Shown one piece after another: positions 46,697 to 56,220 of a DNA stretch of 62,605 bases. This DNA comes from a virus (Duplodnaviria; Caudoviricetes), in IMG/VR virus record IMGVR_UViG_3300048110_000198, positions 1 through 62,605 of that record, one strand, 5' to 3'. The translations under genes were made by a program, and so were the position numbers. Every line of letters starts with the position of its first letter. The stretch's first letter is position 1. The notes beneath the pieces were generated by a model. It ran no database searches. It was given only the letters and a program-made list of their open reading frames with translations, and was not told the origin of the DNA.

Positions 46697-48382
46697 ATGG
46701 CAACTTGGAAAAAATACTTTAAAACATATGATGGTATGCCCGAAAGGCAAACATCAAATCAAAGCGGCAGTGAAGCGTCTAATAAACGTTATAGCTCTTG
46801 GCTACCTGAAGTTTATCAGGGACAACCGAACCGTGTTCAGCGTTATGGTCAGTATGACCAGATGGATATGGATTCAGAAGTAAACGCCGCACTAGATATT
46901 ATTGCTGAATTCTCGACTCTTCAAGATGAACAATCAAAATTGCCATTTAAGTTTGACTTTCCAGAAGATCCAACAGAGTCAGAGAACGATGTTTTACAAA
47001 GAACGCTACGCCAATGGTGTTCTGTTAATGAAATGCATAAGCGTATCTTCCGTATCTTTAGAAACGCTATCAAGTATGGCGATCAAGTATTTGTCCGTGA
47101 TCCAGAAACATATAAACTATTTTGGGTTAATCCTGCCAAAGTAGACAAGGTTATTGTTAATGAAGGTAAAGGTAAAAAAGTAGAAGCATATTATGTTCAG
47201 GATATGGATATTAATATTGAAGGAATGAATGTTACCGCTGATACTAAAAAGCTAACACAAACTTCAGGTCAAGGCATGGGAATGCCTAATATGAATTCTA
47301 ATACTACACAAGGTTATACAGCAGGTAGTGCAGGCGGTTCTAGATTTGCAAATGACCAAACAACAACACCAATTGATGCACAACATATTGTACACATTTC
47401 ACTAAGTGAAGGTGTTGATGGTTTCTGGCCTTTCGGTACATCTATCTTAGAACCTATCTTTAAAGTTTATAAACAAAAAGAACTACTAGAAGATGCTATT
47501 CTGATTTATCGTGTACAACGTGCGCCAGAACGTAGAGTATTCTATATTGATGTGGGTAACATGCCGACACACAAAGCACGTCAGCACCTAGAACGTATTA
47601 AGAATGAAATTCATCAAAGACGTATTCCAAGTAAGACTGGTGGTGGACAAAACATTACTGATAGTGCATATAATCCACTATCTATTATGGAAGATTACTT
47701 CTTTGCATCAACGGCTGAAGGCAGAGGATCTAAAGTTGAGACACTACCAGGTGGTGAGAACTTAGGACAGATTGATGATTTAAAATACTTTAACGACAAA
47801 CTATTGCGTGGCTTACGTGTTCCAGCTTCATACTTAGGTGGTATGGACGATGGCGGTGCTACAGTGAATGATGGTCGTGTCGGCACAGCAATGATTGCTG
47901 AATTTAGATTTACTAAGTTCTGTGAACGACTACAAGCACTTATCGTTGAACAACTAGACAACGAGTTTAAGATGTTCTGCAAAAATCGTGGTGTACAAGT
48001 AGAGAGTTCACGTTTCTCATTACAATTCAATACTCCTCAGAACTTCGGTAAGTTCCGTCAAGCAGAAGTAGATCAAGTTGCAATGAATGTATTCTCAAGT
48101 ATTGAGGGTGCAGATTATATTAGTAAGCGTTTTGCAATGACTCGTTTCTTAGGTCTAACAGAAGACGAAATTCTACAGAACGAAAAGATGTGGCGTGAAG
48201 AAAACGGAGATACTGATGAATTAGCAGGATCTAGCGATACACTTAAAGGTGTAGGTGCATCTCCTGCTCCAGCAGATGCGGGCGGAGACGATTTTGACTT
48301 CGATGAAACAGATGTAGACGATACAGAAGACGGTTCAGTAATTGATGGATCGGAAAACGCAGAAACAGACGAAGAAGTATAA
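46697..48382 (+). CDS. Portal protein, T4 gp20-like
   Basis: LEDAILIYRVQRAPERRVFYIDVGNMP, EDYFF, VETLPGG.NLG.IDD..YF motifs. Confidence 0.95.
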   Translation: MATWKKYFKTYDGMPERQTSNQSGSEASNKRYSSWLPEVYQGQPNRVQRYGQYDQMDMDSEVNAALDIIAEFSTLQDEQSKLPFKFDFPEDPTESENDVLQRTLRQWCSVNEMHKRIFRIFRNAIKYGDQVFVRDPETYKLFWVNPAKVDKVIVNEGKGKKVEAYYVQDMDINIEGMNVTADTKKLTQTSGQGMGMPNMNSNTTQGYTAGSAGGSRFANDQTTTPIDAQHIVHISLSEGVDGFWPFGTSILEPIFKVYKQKELLEDAILIYRVQRAPERRVFYIDVGNMPTHKARQHLERIKNEIHQRRIPSKTGGGQNITDSAYNPLSIMEDYFFASTAEGRGSKVETLPGGENLGQIDDLKYFNDKLLRGLRVPASYLGGMDDGGATVNDGRVGTAMIAEFRFTKFCERLQALIVEQLDNEFKMFCKNRGVQVESSRFSLQFNTPQNFGKFRQAEVDQVAMNVFSSIEGADYISKRFAMTRFLGLTEDEILQNEKMWREENGDTDELAGSSDTLKGVGASPAPADAGGDDFDFDETDVDDTEDGSVIDGSENAETDEEV

Positions 48383-48385
48383 ATA
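48378..48385 (+). promoter_or_regulatory. T4-type late promoter TATAAATA
   Basis: Exact consensus 5 nt before the ATG at 48391. Confidence 0.65.
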
Positions 48386-48390
48386 CTACT

Positions 48391-48612
48391 ATGAGATATT
48401 CAGATTTAAAAGAAAACTATTCTCCAGACGAGGATAAACACAACAGTATAGAGCTAGGCGATACTCGTAAAGACCGTCTAACTCTAGTACACCTATCAAA
48501 GTTGCGTAAGATACGTGAGTATCGTAAGTATCAAGAAGGTGTTAAGTCACAACAAGTACAGCGTCAATATAAAGGCTCTGGCGGTGAAGGTGGTGGCGAT
48601 ATGGAGCTTTAA
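48391..48612 (+). CDS. Small head-module protein (hypothetical)
   Basis: 73-aa ORF between the portal and prohead core genes. Confidence 0.7.
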   Translation: MRYSDLKENYSPDEDKHNSIELGDTRKDRLTLVHLSKLRKIREYRKYQEGVKSQQVQRQYKGSGGEGGGDMEL

Positions 48613-48672
48613 GCTCTATTAAGTAGTAAGTTTTACTATTTACGTCACATACTAAATATCTCTACGACAATG

Positions 48673-48699
48673 AAACGGCTCAAAAGAAGCCGTTTTTTT
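48673..48699 (+). terminator. Rho-independent terminator
   Basis: AAACGGCT-caaaaga-AGCCGTTT-TTTT. Confidence 0.75.
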
Positions 48700-48728
48700 G
48701 CATTTTCATAACATACACTATAATAACT

Positions 48729-48736
48729 TATAAATA
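48729..48736 (+). promoter_or_regulatory. T4-type late promoter of the head operon
   Basis: TATAAATA followed by a ~70-nt leader with two small hairpins and AAGGAG Shine-Dalgarno. Confidence 0.7.
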
Positions 48737-48807
48737 CTTTTGAAACAAAGAGTGTTTCTACACCCGCCACAAATAAGCAGTGGCTTTTTAGATAAGGAGA
48801 CATAATA

Positions 48808-49650
48808 ATGTCAAGCAAACTAGAACAAGTACTAGAACTTCTTATCAACGAGGAGCGTGAAGCAGCGGAAGAGCTACTGCACGATTTTATCGTAGAAAAT
48901 GCACGTCAAATTCACGAAGACCTTCTAAACGAAAGTGATGAAGTAGTTGAAGAAGAATTAGAAGAATTAGACGAAGCAGACGATATCCTTAGTGATGAAG
49001 AAGAAGCATCAGACGAACTAGAGTCAGATGCATCAGAAATCGAAAACGAAGAATTCTATGACGAAGACGAAATGGAAGACGATGAAGCATTAGACGACCT
49101 AGAAATGGGCGACGAAGCAGAATCAGAAGACGGCGTTGAAGCACGTGTAGATGATCTAGAATCAGCACTAGCTGAACTAGAAGCAGAATTCGAAAAAATC
49201 ATGTCAGGTGAAGACGATGCAGACGAAATGGATGCAGAAGACGAAGCTGAAGATGATATGGAAGAGTCATTCGAACTAGAACTAGACGAGTCAGAAGACG
49301 AAGACCTAGAAGAAGGTGAAGAATTAGACTTAGAAGAATCAGAAGATGACGCAGAAGAAGATGACGAAGAGTTAAACGAATATGTAACTCCAGTGTCAGC
49401 ATCAGAAGGCGACAACGGCGATAACACAGCATCAACTGTAAACGCAAATGCAAAGCGTCCAGGCGATGACTCAAATGCAGCACCAGTAAAAGCGAATGAT
49501 GGTAACACATCAGGCGGTTCAGGTGATGCGCCAAAAGATATGGGTACAAAGAATGTAAATGTATCAGGCAACTCAAAAGCACCAGCAATGTCAAATCAAG
49601 CGGCAAAGCCAGGTGATAATGGTGTGAATAACAAGTCAATCACATCATAA
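48808..49650 (+). CDS. Highly acidic prohead core / internal protein
   Basis: Long Asp/Glu tracts; lies between portal and protease like T4 gp67/gp68. Confidence 0.7.
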   Translation: MSSKLEQVLELLINEEREAAEELLHDFIVENARQIHEDLLNESDEVVEEELEELDEADDILSDEEEASDELESDASEIENEEFYDEDEMEDDEALDDLEMGDEAESEDGVEARVDDLESALAELEAEFEKIMSGEDDADEMDAEDEAEDDMEESFELELDESEDEDLEEGEELDLEESEDDAEEDDEELNEYVTPVSASEGDNGDNTASTVNANAKRPGDDSNAAPVKANDGNTSGGSGDAPKDMGTKNVNVSGNSKAPAMSNQAAKPGDNGVNNKSITS

Positions 49651-49673
49651 TTTAATTCTATTTGGAGAAACCA

Positions 49674-50303
49674 ATGACCGTTCTTATTGAAAGATTTTCA
49701 CACAGTCAAGCAGGTGTTAAAACTCGCATTGTCGAAGGTGAAGACGGTGGAAAAAACATGTTTATGGAAGGTATTTTCGTCCAAGGTGGCGTTAAGAATG
49801 CTAACCAGCGTGTTTACCCGGTTTCAGAAATCTCAAGAGCAGTAGAAAGCGTTCAGAAAAAAATCTCTGAAGGCTTCCCTGTTCTAGGTGAATGTGATCA
49901 TCCACCGGAATTAACAGTAAACGTTGACCGTGTGTCACATATTATTGAAAATATGTGGATGGACGGACCAAACGGCTATGGTAAACTTAAAATTGTTCCT
50001 ACACCAATGGGTAACATCATCAGAACACTAATCGAATCAGGCGCTACTTTAGGTGTCTCATCTCGTGGTTCAGGCGAAGTTGGTAATGATGGTAACGTGA
50101 GTAACTTTGAGATTGTAACTGTAGATATCGTAGCTCAACCGAGTGCGCCAGAAGCGTACCCAAAAGCGATCTACGAAGGATTAATGAACATGAAAGGCGG
50201 CTATCAAACTTGGCAGCTTGCTCAAAGTGTTCAAAACGACAAGTCGGCACAAAAGTACTTGTCAGAAGAAATAGTAAAGTTCATTCGTGAACTTAAACTG
50301 TAA
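49674..50303 (+). CDS. Prohead protease, T4 gp21-like
   Basis: EGIFVQG..KNAN.RVYP, GECDHP, GVSSRGSG, D.VAQPSAP.A; start MTVLIE at 49674. Confidence 0.95.
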   Translation: MTVLIERFSHSQAGVKTRIVEGEDGGKNMFMEGIFVQGGVKNANQRVYPVSEISRAVESVQKKISEGFPVLGECDHPPELTVNVDRVSHIIENMWMDGPNGYGKLKIVPTPMGNIIRTLIESGATLGVSSRGSGEVGNDGNVSNFEIVTVDIVAQPSAPEAYPKAIYEGLMNMKGGYQTWQLAQSVQNDKSAQKYLSEEIVKFIRELKL

Positions 50304-50319
50304 AACAGGAGAAGCAACA

Positions 50320-51432
50320 ATGGCAAACGAAATTCTTGCAAATCTTTTAGAGTCTGGCGCACTAAGCGAAGAAGCTGGTGCAGCTATCAAAGAGGCTATG
50401 GAAGTAAAACTTAATGAAGCAAGAGAGGAAATTACAGCCGAGTTGCGTGAAGAGTTCGCACAAAAGTTTGAACATGACAAAGGTGTCATCGTTGAAGCAA
50501 TGGATAATATGCTAAATGAAGCAATCCGTGCTGAAATGACAGAGTTCAAAACGGATCGTGAAGCTCTAATCGCAGAACGAGTTGCGTATAAGAAAGCAAT
50601 TTCTGAACACGCAAAGATCCTCGAAAAATTCATTACTTCTCATCTTGCAGCAGAAGTTAAGGAACTACAAGCAGACCGTGCAAAAGTAGCTGAAAATCTA
50701 GAAACGACAAAATCGTTTGTAGTGAAGCAACTATCACGTGAACTTGCAGAATTCCACAACGACAAGCGTGAATTAGTAGAAACTAAAGTACGCATGGTAG
50801 CAGAGGGTAAAGAACTTCTTACGAAAACTAAGGAATCTTTTATCAAACGTTCAGCAGAGTTAGTAGAGAACACAATCTCTAACGCTCTACGTTCAGAAAT
50901 CGTAACGCTTAAAGAAGACATTCAATCGGCTAAAGAAAATGAATTTGGTCGTAAATTGTTTGAAGCATTCGCAGGCGAATTCATGTCATCACAACTAAAT
51001 GAAGGCACAGAAGTAGCTAAAATGAATACTAAGCTAGACGAATCTGCTAATAAAGTTGCAGAACTAGAAGCAATGATTACTGCTAAAGAAGCAGATATTG
51101 CTACAGCGCAAAAAGCAAATCGTGTAATGGAAGATCGTATTAATCGCAAAGCGAAACTAGACGAACTACTATCACCACTTGCTGGTCAAAAGCGTGAAGT
51201 AATGTCTGATTTACTTGAAACAGTAAAAACAACTAATTTAAAAACTGCATTTAAGAAATATCTACCAGCAGTTTTAAATGAATCAGTTTCAGCGAAAGCA
51301 GAAACAAAAACATTAACAGAAAGCAAAGTCACAGAACAAACTGGTGATCGTGGAGCAAAACAGGAAACTCCAACATCAACAGACGGCGATGCTGATATAG
51401 TCGTGCTAAGAAAACTAGCCGGTCTAAAGTAA
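50320..51432 (+). CDS. Prohead scaffolding protein, T4 gp22-like
   Basis: Coiled-coil Glu/Ala-rich protein between protease and capsid; AGGAGA Shine-Dalgarno before the ATG at 50320. Confidence 0.85.
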   Translation: MANEILANLLESGALSEEAGAAIKEAMEVKLNEAREEITAELREEFAQKFEHDKGVIVEAMDNMLNEAIRAEMTEFKTDREALIAERVAYKKAISEHAKILEKFITSHLAAEVKELQADRAKVAENLETTKSFVVKQLSRELAEFHNDKRELVETKVRMVAEGKELLTKTKESFIKRSAELVENTISNALRSEIVTLKEDIQSAKENEFGRKLFEAFAGEFMSSQLNEGTEVAKMNTKLDESANKVAELEAMITAKEADIATAQKANRVMEDRINRKAKLDELLSPLAGQKREVMSDLLETVKTTNLKTAFKKYLPAVLNESVSAKAETKTLTESKVTEQTGDRGAKQETPTSTDGDADIVVLRKLAGLK

Positions 51433-51460
51433 TTAACCAGAACACAGGAGAATCAAACAG

Positions 51461-52618
51461 ATGGAAAATCTTTTTGAAGGAAACAACTGGGACAACACAC
51501 GTGATGCGTTACTAGAAGGTCTAGAAGGCACCAAACGTGACGTAATGTCATCAGTACTAAACAACACAAAAGTAGCTCTTGCAGAATCAGCAACAGCAGG
51601 CGCAACACAAGCAGGTAACATTGCGACACTAAACAAAGTGATCCTACCAGTTATCCGTCGTGTAATGCCAACAGTTATCGCAAACGAAATCATCGGCGTA
51701 CAGCCAATGACTGGTCCAGTAGGTCAGATTCATACACTACGTGTACGTTATGCAGATAACGCAGCAGGCGTAACAGCAGGCCAAGAAGCACTATCACCAT
51801 TCGATATTGCTAAATCATACTCAGGCGCAGATGGTACAGCACCAGCGGCGACAGCAGCTATGGAAGGTACAGCAGGTAACAGAATGTCAATCCAAGTGAT
51901 GAAACAAACTGTTGAAGCGAAAACACGTAAGCTATCAGCACGTTGGACATTCGAAGCGGCACAAGACGCTAACGCAATGCACGGCCTAGACGTTGAAGCA
52001 GAGATCATGGCAGCACTTGCTATGGAAATCACAGCAGAAATCGACCAAGAAGTTCTAGGTTCACTAGAAAATCTAGCGACAACTGGTGCGACTTTCGACA
52101 TGAACGCAGCATTCACAGGCACACCAACATTCGTAGGTGATCGTCACGCAGTTCTAGCAACTCTAATCAACCAACAAGCTAACCTAGTAGCACAGCGCAC
52201 AAGACGTGGCGCAGCTAACTGGGCAGTTGTATCACCAGCGGCGCTAACAGTGCTACAGTCAGCTACAACATCAGCATTCGCACGTACAACAGAAGGTACA
52301 TTCGAAGCACCAACAAATACAAAATTCGTTGGTACACTAAACGGTACAATGCGTGTATATGTAAACACATATGCAAATGACGCAGCACCAGTTCTACTAG
52401 GCTATAAAGGCTCAGGCGAAATTGATGCAGCAGCATTCTATTGCCCATACGTACCACTAATGTCATCAGGCGTTGTTGTGGACCCAGCATCATTCGAACC
52501 AGTAGTGTCATTCATGACTCGTTACGGTTACGTTGAGCTAACAAACACAGCATCATCACTAGGTAACGCAGCAGATTACGTTTCAAAAATCGACGTTGCA
52601 AACCTAGCATTCGTATAA
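51461..52618 (+). CDS. Major capsid protein, T4 gp23-like
   Basis: GVQPMTGPVGQI, VEAKTRKLSARWT.E.AQD..A.HG.D.E.E, FYCPYVPL, MTRYG motifs. Confidence 0.97.
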   Translation: MENLFEGNNWDNTRDALLEGLEGTKRDVMSSVLNNTKVALAESATAGATQAGNIATLNKVILPVIRRVMPTVIANEIIGVQPMTGPVGQIHTLRVRYADNAAGVTAGQEALSPFDIAKSYSGADGTAPAATAAMEGTAGNRMSIQVMKQTVEAKTRKLSARWTFEAAQDANAMHGLDVEAEIMAALAMEITAEIDQEVLGSLENLATTGATFDMNAAFTGTPTFVGDRHAVLATLINQQANLVAQRTRRGAANWAVVSPAALTVLQSATTSAFARTTEGTFEAPTNTKFVGTLNGTMRVYVNTYANDAAPVLLGYKGSGEIDAAAFYCPYVPLMSSGVVVDPASFEPVVSFMTRYGYVELTNTASSLGNAADYVSKIDVANLAFV

Positions 52619-52644
52619 GTTTTACTTAAACGATTAATAATATT

Positions 52645-52672
52645 AACCCGGGAGGAAACTCCCGGGTTTTTT
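52645..52672 (+). terminator. Rho-independent terminator after the capsid gene
   Basis: AACCCGGGAG-GAAA-CTCCCGGGTT-TTTT. Confidence 0.92.
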
Positions 52673-52700
52673 ATTGGCTCCAGCTTTAATTCGATAAACT

Positions 52701-52708
52701 GATAAATA
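52701..52708 (+). promoter_or_regulatory. Late promoter (GATAAATA) for the fibre genes
   Basis: Intergenic xATAAATA motif downstream of the terminator. Confidence 0.55.
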
Positions 52709-52740
52709 GACTTGTATAATTAAGTTTGGAAGAACATATC

Positions 52741-54537
52741 ATGGCAGAACAATTAAAATTTGGTGACCGACTATTCCTTAAAGGTGAAAAAGTTCTCTTC
52801 GATAATGGCACAGATGCTGCAATTATTGAATCGAGAAATAATACACTTATAATCGGAGATACTGATGGCACAGAACACAACGTTATAATCAACGGTAATC
52901 TTACAGTAGAAGGAACTACAACAACTGTAAATACTCAACAAACAACAGTAGCAGATCCATTCATGTTGATAACTTCATTGGATGTAGATAAAGCGGGTAT
53001 TGAAGTTGATAGAGATGGCGAAACAAATGCACAGTTTGGTTGGAACGAAACAGATGACAGGTGGGAAGCATTTCATACGTCATCTTTATTTTCATCAATT
53101 ATGGAAAGTACAACTTTAACAACTAGTGATTTAACTGCAACTGGTACTTCTATATTGAGTGATTTAGAGTCTCCTCTTGTAACTATTACAGGTGGTAATA
53201 TTGATGACACCGTTATCGGTGCAACAACTAGAGCATCGGGTAAATTTACATTTTTAGAAGCAAGCGAAAACGTTACATTCTCAAAAGATTTATCAGTAGC
53301 TGGTGATGTAGACATTCAAGGGTCGTTTACTACTATAACTACAGATGGACTAACTGAAGGCACAACTAATTTATACTTCACTGATGAACGTGTTGATGAT
53401 AGAATTAGTAATCTATTCAATGCATCATATGGTATTTCAGCTTTATACACTGATCCTGCTAATACATTCGAAATCAGTTTTGATGCAACTAATATAGGTA
53501 CAGGCGAAGAGGTTCTTAATACTGCAAATACTACACAAGCAGCATTCAGAACAATAAGAGAAGGTCGAACAGCTTCCGGTGGTAACGGTGATTTAGTAGT
53601 TTCTCTTTCTACTGATAGTAATGAGATTGTTATTGATACCGCAGAAAAAATTAATAAACTTGAGTTCAATACATTTACTGGTAATGGTACTACAACCCAG
53701 TATAGTCTTCCATATTCTGTGTCACAGGATTGGCAAGTTCTTGTTTACATTGATGGTGTAGTACAGGAACCAACAACTTCATACACAATGTCTGGTACAA
53801 CGCTTACATTATCGACAGCACTAGGTAATGGTAGTGTGATGAATGTAATTAAAATGGCTACGAATACATCAGCATCAGCTATAATTGATGCAGATACATT
53901 AAATGCACAACCGGGAAGCTATTATCTAGATTATACAAATTTTACAAATACTCCAACAATTCCGACAACCGTATCATCATTTACAAATGATAGTGGTTAC
54001 ATTACTAATGCAGACCTTCCAACGAATTACATGGTTAATGATGCAAACAATACAGTTGCAGGAAGTATTAATCCATCAGTAGATGCGACACATGATTTAG
54101 GAACAGCAACAGAACAATGGAATACAATTTACGGAAATACAGTTGAAGCAACTTATGCAGATTTAGCAGAACGCTATGCATCAGATGCTCCTTATGAACC
54201 GGGAACAGTATTAGTATTAGGTGGCGAAGCAGAAGTCACAACTACAACAATGTTAGCAAGTACAAAAGTTGTTGGTATTGTTTCTACAGACCCAGCACTT
54301 AAAATGAATTCTGCGGCAGGTAACTCTGATACTCATCCGTATATTGCTCTTAAAGGACGTGTACCATGTAAAGTAATCGGTGAGATTAATAGGGGTGATT
54401 TATTAGTAACCTCAGACAAAGCAGGATATGCAAAAAGATCACTCGGTGTACCAATGATTGGTACTGTAATCGGTAAAGCAATCGGTAACAATGAGAGTGG
54501 CGAAGGGATAATCGAAGTGTTTGTGAGTATGATGTAA
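52741..54537 (+). CDS. Fibre-like virion protein with C-terminal YADLAE domain (putative intramolecular chaperone)
   Basis: Thr/Gly-rich; EGTTNLYFTD module; C-terminal YADLAERY...ALKGRVPCKV...GDLLVTS. Confidence 0.7.
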   Translation: MAEQLKFGDRLFLKGEKVLFDNGTDAAIIESRNNTLIIGDTDGTEHNVIINGNLTVEGTTTTVNTQQTTVADPFMLITSLDVDKAGIEVDRDGETNAQFGWNETDDRWEAFHTSSLFSSIMESTTLTTSDLTATGTSILSDLESPLVTITGGNIDDTVIGATTRASGKFTFLEASENVTFSKDLSVAGDVDIQGSFTTITTDGLTEGTTNLYFTDERVDDRISNLFNASYGISALYTDPANTFEISFDATNIGTGEEVLNTANTTQAAFRTIREGRTASGGNGDLVVSLSTDSNEIVIDTAEKINKLEFNTFTGNGTTTQYSLPYSVSQDWQVLVYIDGVVQEPTTSYTMSGTTLTLSTALGNGSVMNVIKMATNTSASAIIDADTLNAQPGSYYLDYTNFTNTPTIPTTVSSFTNDSGYITNADLPTNYMVNDANNTVAGSINPSVDATHDLGTATEQWNTIYGNTVEATYADLAERYASDAPYEPGTVLVLGGEAEVTTTTMLASTKVVGIVSTDPALKMNSAAGNSDTHPYIALKGRVPCKVIGEINRGDLLVTSDKAGYAKRSLGVPMIGTVIGKAIGNNESGEGIIEVFVSMM

Positions 54538-56207
54538 TGACTACAAATATTAATTCATATATTCTAGGAAGTTCTACAGTTCAGAATACTAATCTGCACG
54601 ATAATGTATTTGGTAGTTCAGTAGGCACAGCAGTTGAAGGTCATACTACAATAACTATTAATACTAGTGGTGATTTGTCAGGCGGTGGAACTATTACGTT
54701 AGGTTCTGGAGGAACTCTTGAGGTGAGTTATACTGGTCCTACTATACCAACTAATGTATCAGAATTTACAAACGATAGTGCATATATTACATCTGCATCT
54801 ATACCAACTAATGTATCAGAATTTACAAATGATAGTGCATATATTACATCTGCATCTATACCAACTGCCATAAGTTCATTTACAAATGATAGTGCATACA
54901 TCACAGCTTCAGCTATACCAAGTAATATAAGTTCATTCACAAACGATAGTGCATATATTACATCCGCATCTATACCAACTGCCATAAGTTCATTTACAAA
55001 CGATAGTGCATATATTACATCTGCATCTATACCAACTAATGTAAGTTCATTCACAAATGATAGTGGATACTTGACAGCACATCAAGACCTATCATCATAT
55101 GCATTAACTACTCAACTATTTTCTGGGTCTTATAATGACTTAACAAATACGCCAACTATTCCAACAGTGCCAACAAATGTAAGTGCATTTACAAACGATA
55201 GTGGATATCTTACTAGTTATACTGATACGACATATTCAACTGCCACATCAAGTACGTTAGGATTAGTTAAAATTGGATATAGTGAGAATGGTAAAAACTA
55301 TCCAGTTGAATTGTCAAGTGGAAAAATGTTTGTAAACGTTCCTTGGACTGATACAGATACTAATAGTGACACAACATATACTGCTGGAACTGGATTAACA
55401 TTGACCAGCACAGAATTTTCAGTAGACTCTACGATTGCACCTAAAACATATGTAGATACTGCTATCAGTAATTTAGTTAACGGTGCAAATTCTTCTTTTG
55501 ATACGTTGAAAGAAATACAAGATGCAATGGCTACTGATACAGAACTTGCTACTGCAATAGGAAATTTAAGTATACCATCTAATGTTAGTGAATTGACAAA
55601 CGATAGTGGGTATATCACTAGCTATACAGATACAAATACAGTATTATCCAGTGCATCATTTAGTACAGCAAACGGGGTTCTTACATTAACAAAGAGTGAT
55701 GCAAGCACCGTTACAGTTGATTTAGATGGTAGATATACTGATAATGCAAATGCAGATAATATGAATCAAGGAGTTGCAACTACTGACTCTCCTAGTTTTG
55801 TTGATGTAACAGCGACTAACTTTCATGGTACATCAACATATGCTAAGTATGCTGACCTTGCAGAAAAATATACAACAAATGAAGAACATGCTGTTGGTAC
55901 TGTAATGATGGTATCATATAATGAAAATTATGAGGCTTCTCCTGCAACATCGGGTAGTTTCCCGATCGGTGTAGTTTCAGAGAACCCAGCATTTTTAATG
56001 AATGAAAGTATAACAGGACAAGCATTAGCTCTTAAAGGTCGAGTACCTGTGAGAGTATATGGTTCAATACGAAAAGGCGAGGCAGTTTATGTTTATGAAA
56101 ACGGCGTTGCGAGTAATAATTACAATGGAGCAGCTTTAGTAGGAATTGCTTTAGAAACTAATACATCTGAGAATGAAAAACTTGTAGAATGTGTTATCAA
56201 AATATAA
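54537..56207 (+). CDS. Fibre-like virion protein with 19-aa tandem repeats and YADLAE domain
   Basis: IPTNVSxFTNDSxYIT repeats, FDTLKEI module, C-terminal YADLAEKY...ALKGRVPV. Confidence 0.7.
   Translation: MTTNINSYILGSSTVQNTNLHDNVFGSSVGTAVEGHTTITINTSGDLSGGGTITLGSGGTLEVSYTGPTIPTNVSEFTNDSAYITSASIPTNVSEFTNDSAYITSASIPTAISSFTNDSAYITASAIPSNISSFTNDSAYITSASIPTAISSFTNDSAYITSASIPTNVSSFTNDSGYLTAHQDLSSYALTTQLFSGSYNDLTNTPTIPTVPTNVSAFTNDSGYLTSYTDTTYSTATSSTLGLVKIGYSENGKNYPVELSSGKMFVNVPWTDTDTNSDTTYTAGTGLTLTSTEFSVDSTIAPKTYVDTAISNLVNGANSSFDTLKEIQDAMATDTELATAIGNLSIPSNVSELTNDSGYITSYTDTNTVLSSASFSTANGVLTLTKSDASTVTVDLDGRYTDNANADNMNQGVATTDSPSFVDVTATNFHGTSTYAKYADLAEKYTTNEEHAVGTVMMVSYNENYEASPATSGSFPIGVVSENPAFLMNESITGQALALKGRVPVRVYGSIRKGEAVYVYENGVASNNYNGAALVGIALETNTSENEKLVECVIKI
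54744..55070 (+). repeat. In-frame 57-bp tandem repeat (about 6 copies)
   Basis: Units start at 54744, 54801, 54858, 54915, 54972, 55029 and encode IPTNVSEFTNDSAYITSAS variants. Confidence 0.9.
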
Positions 56208-56220
56208 AGGTTGAGAAAAA

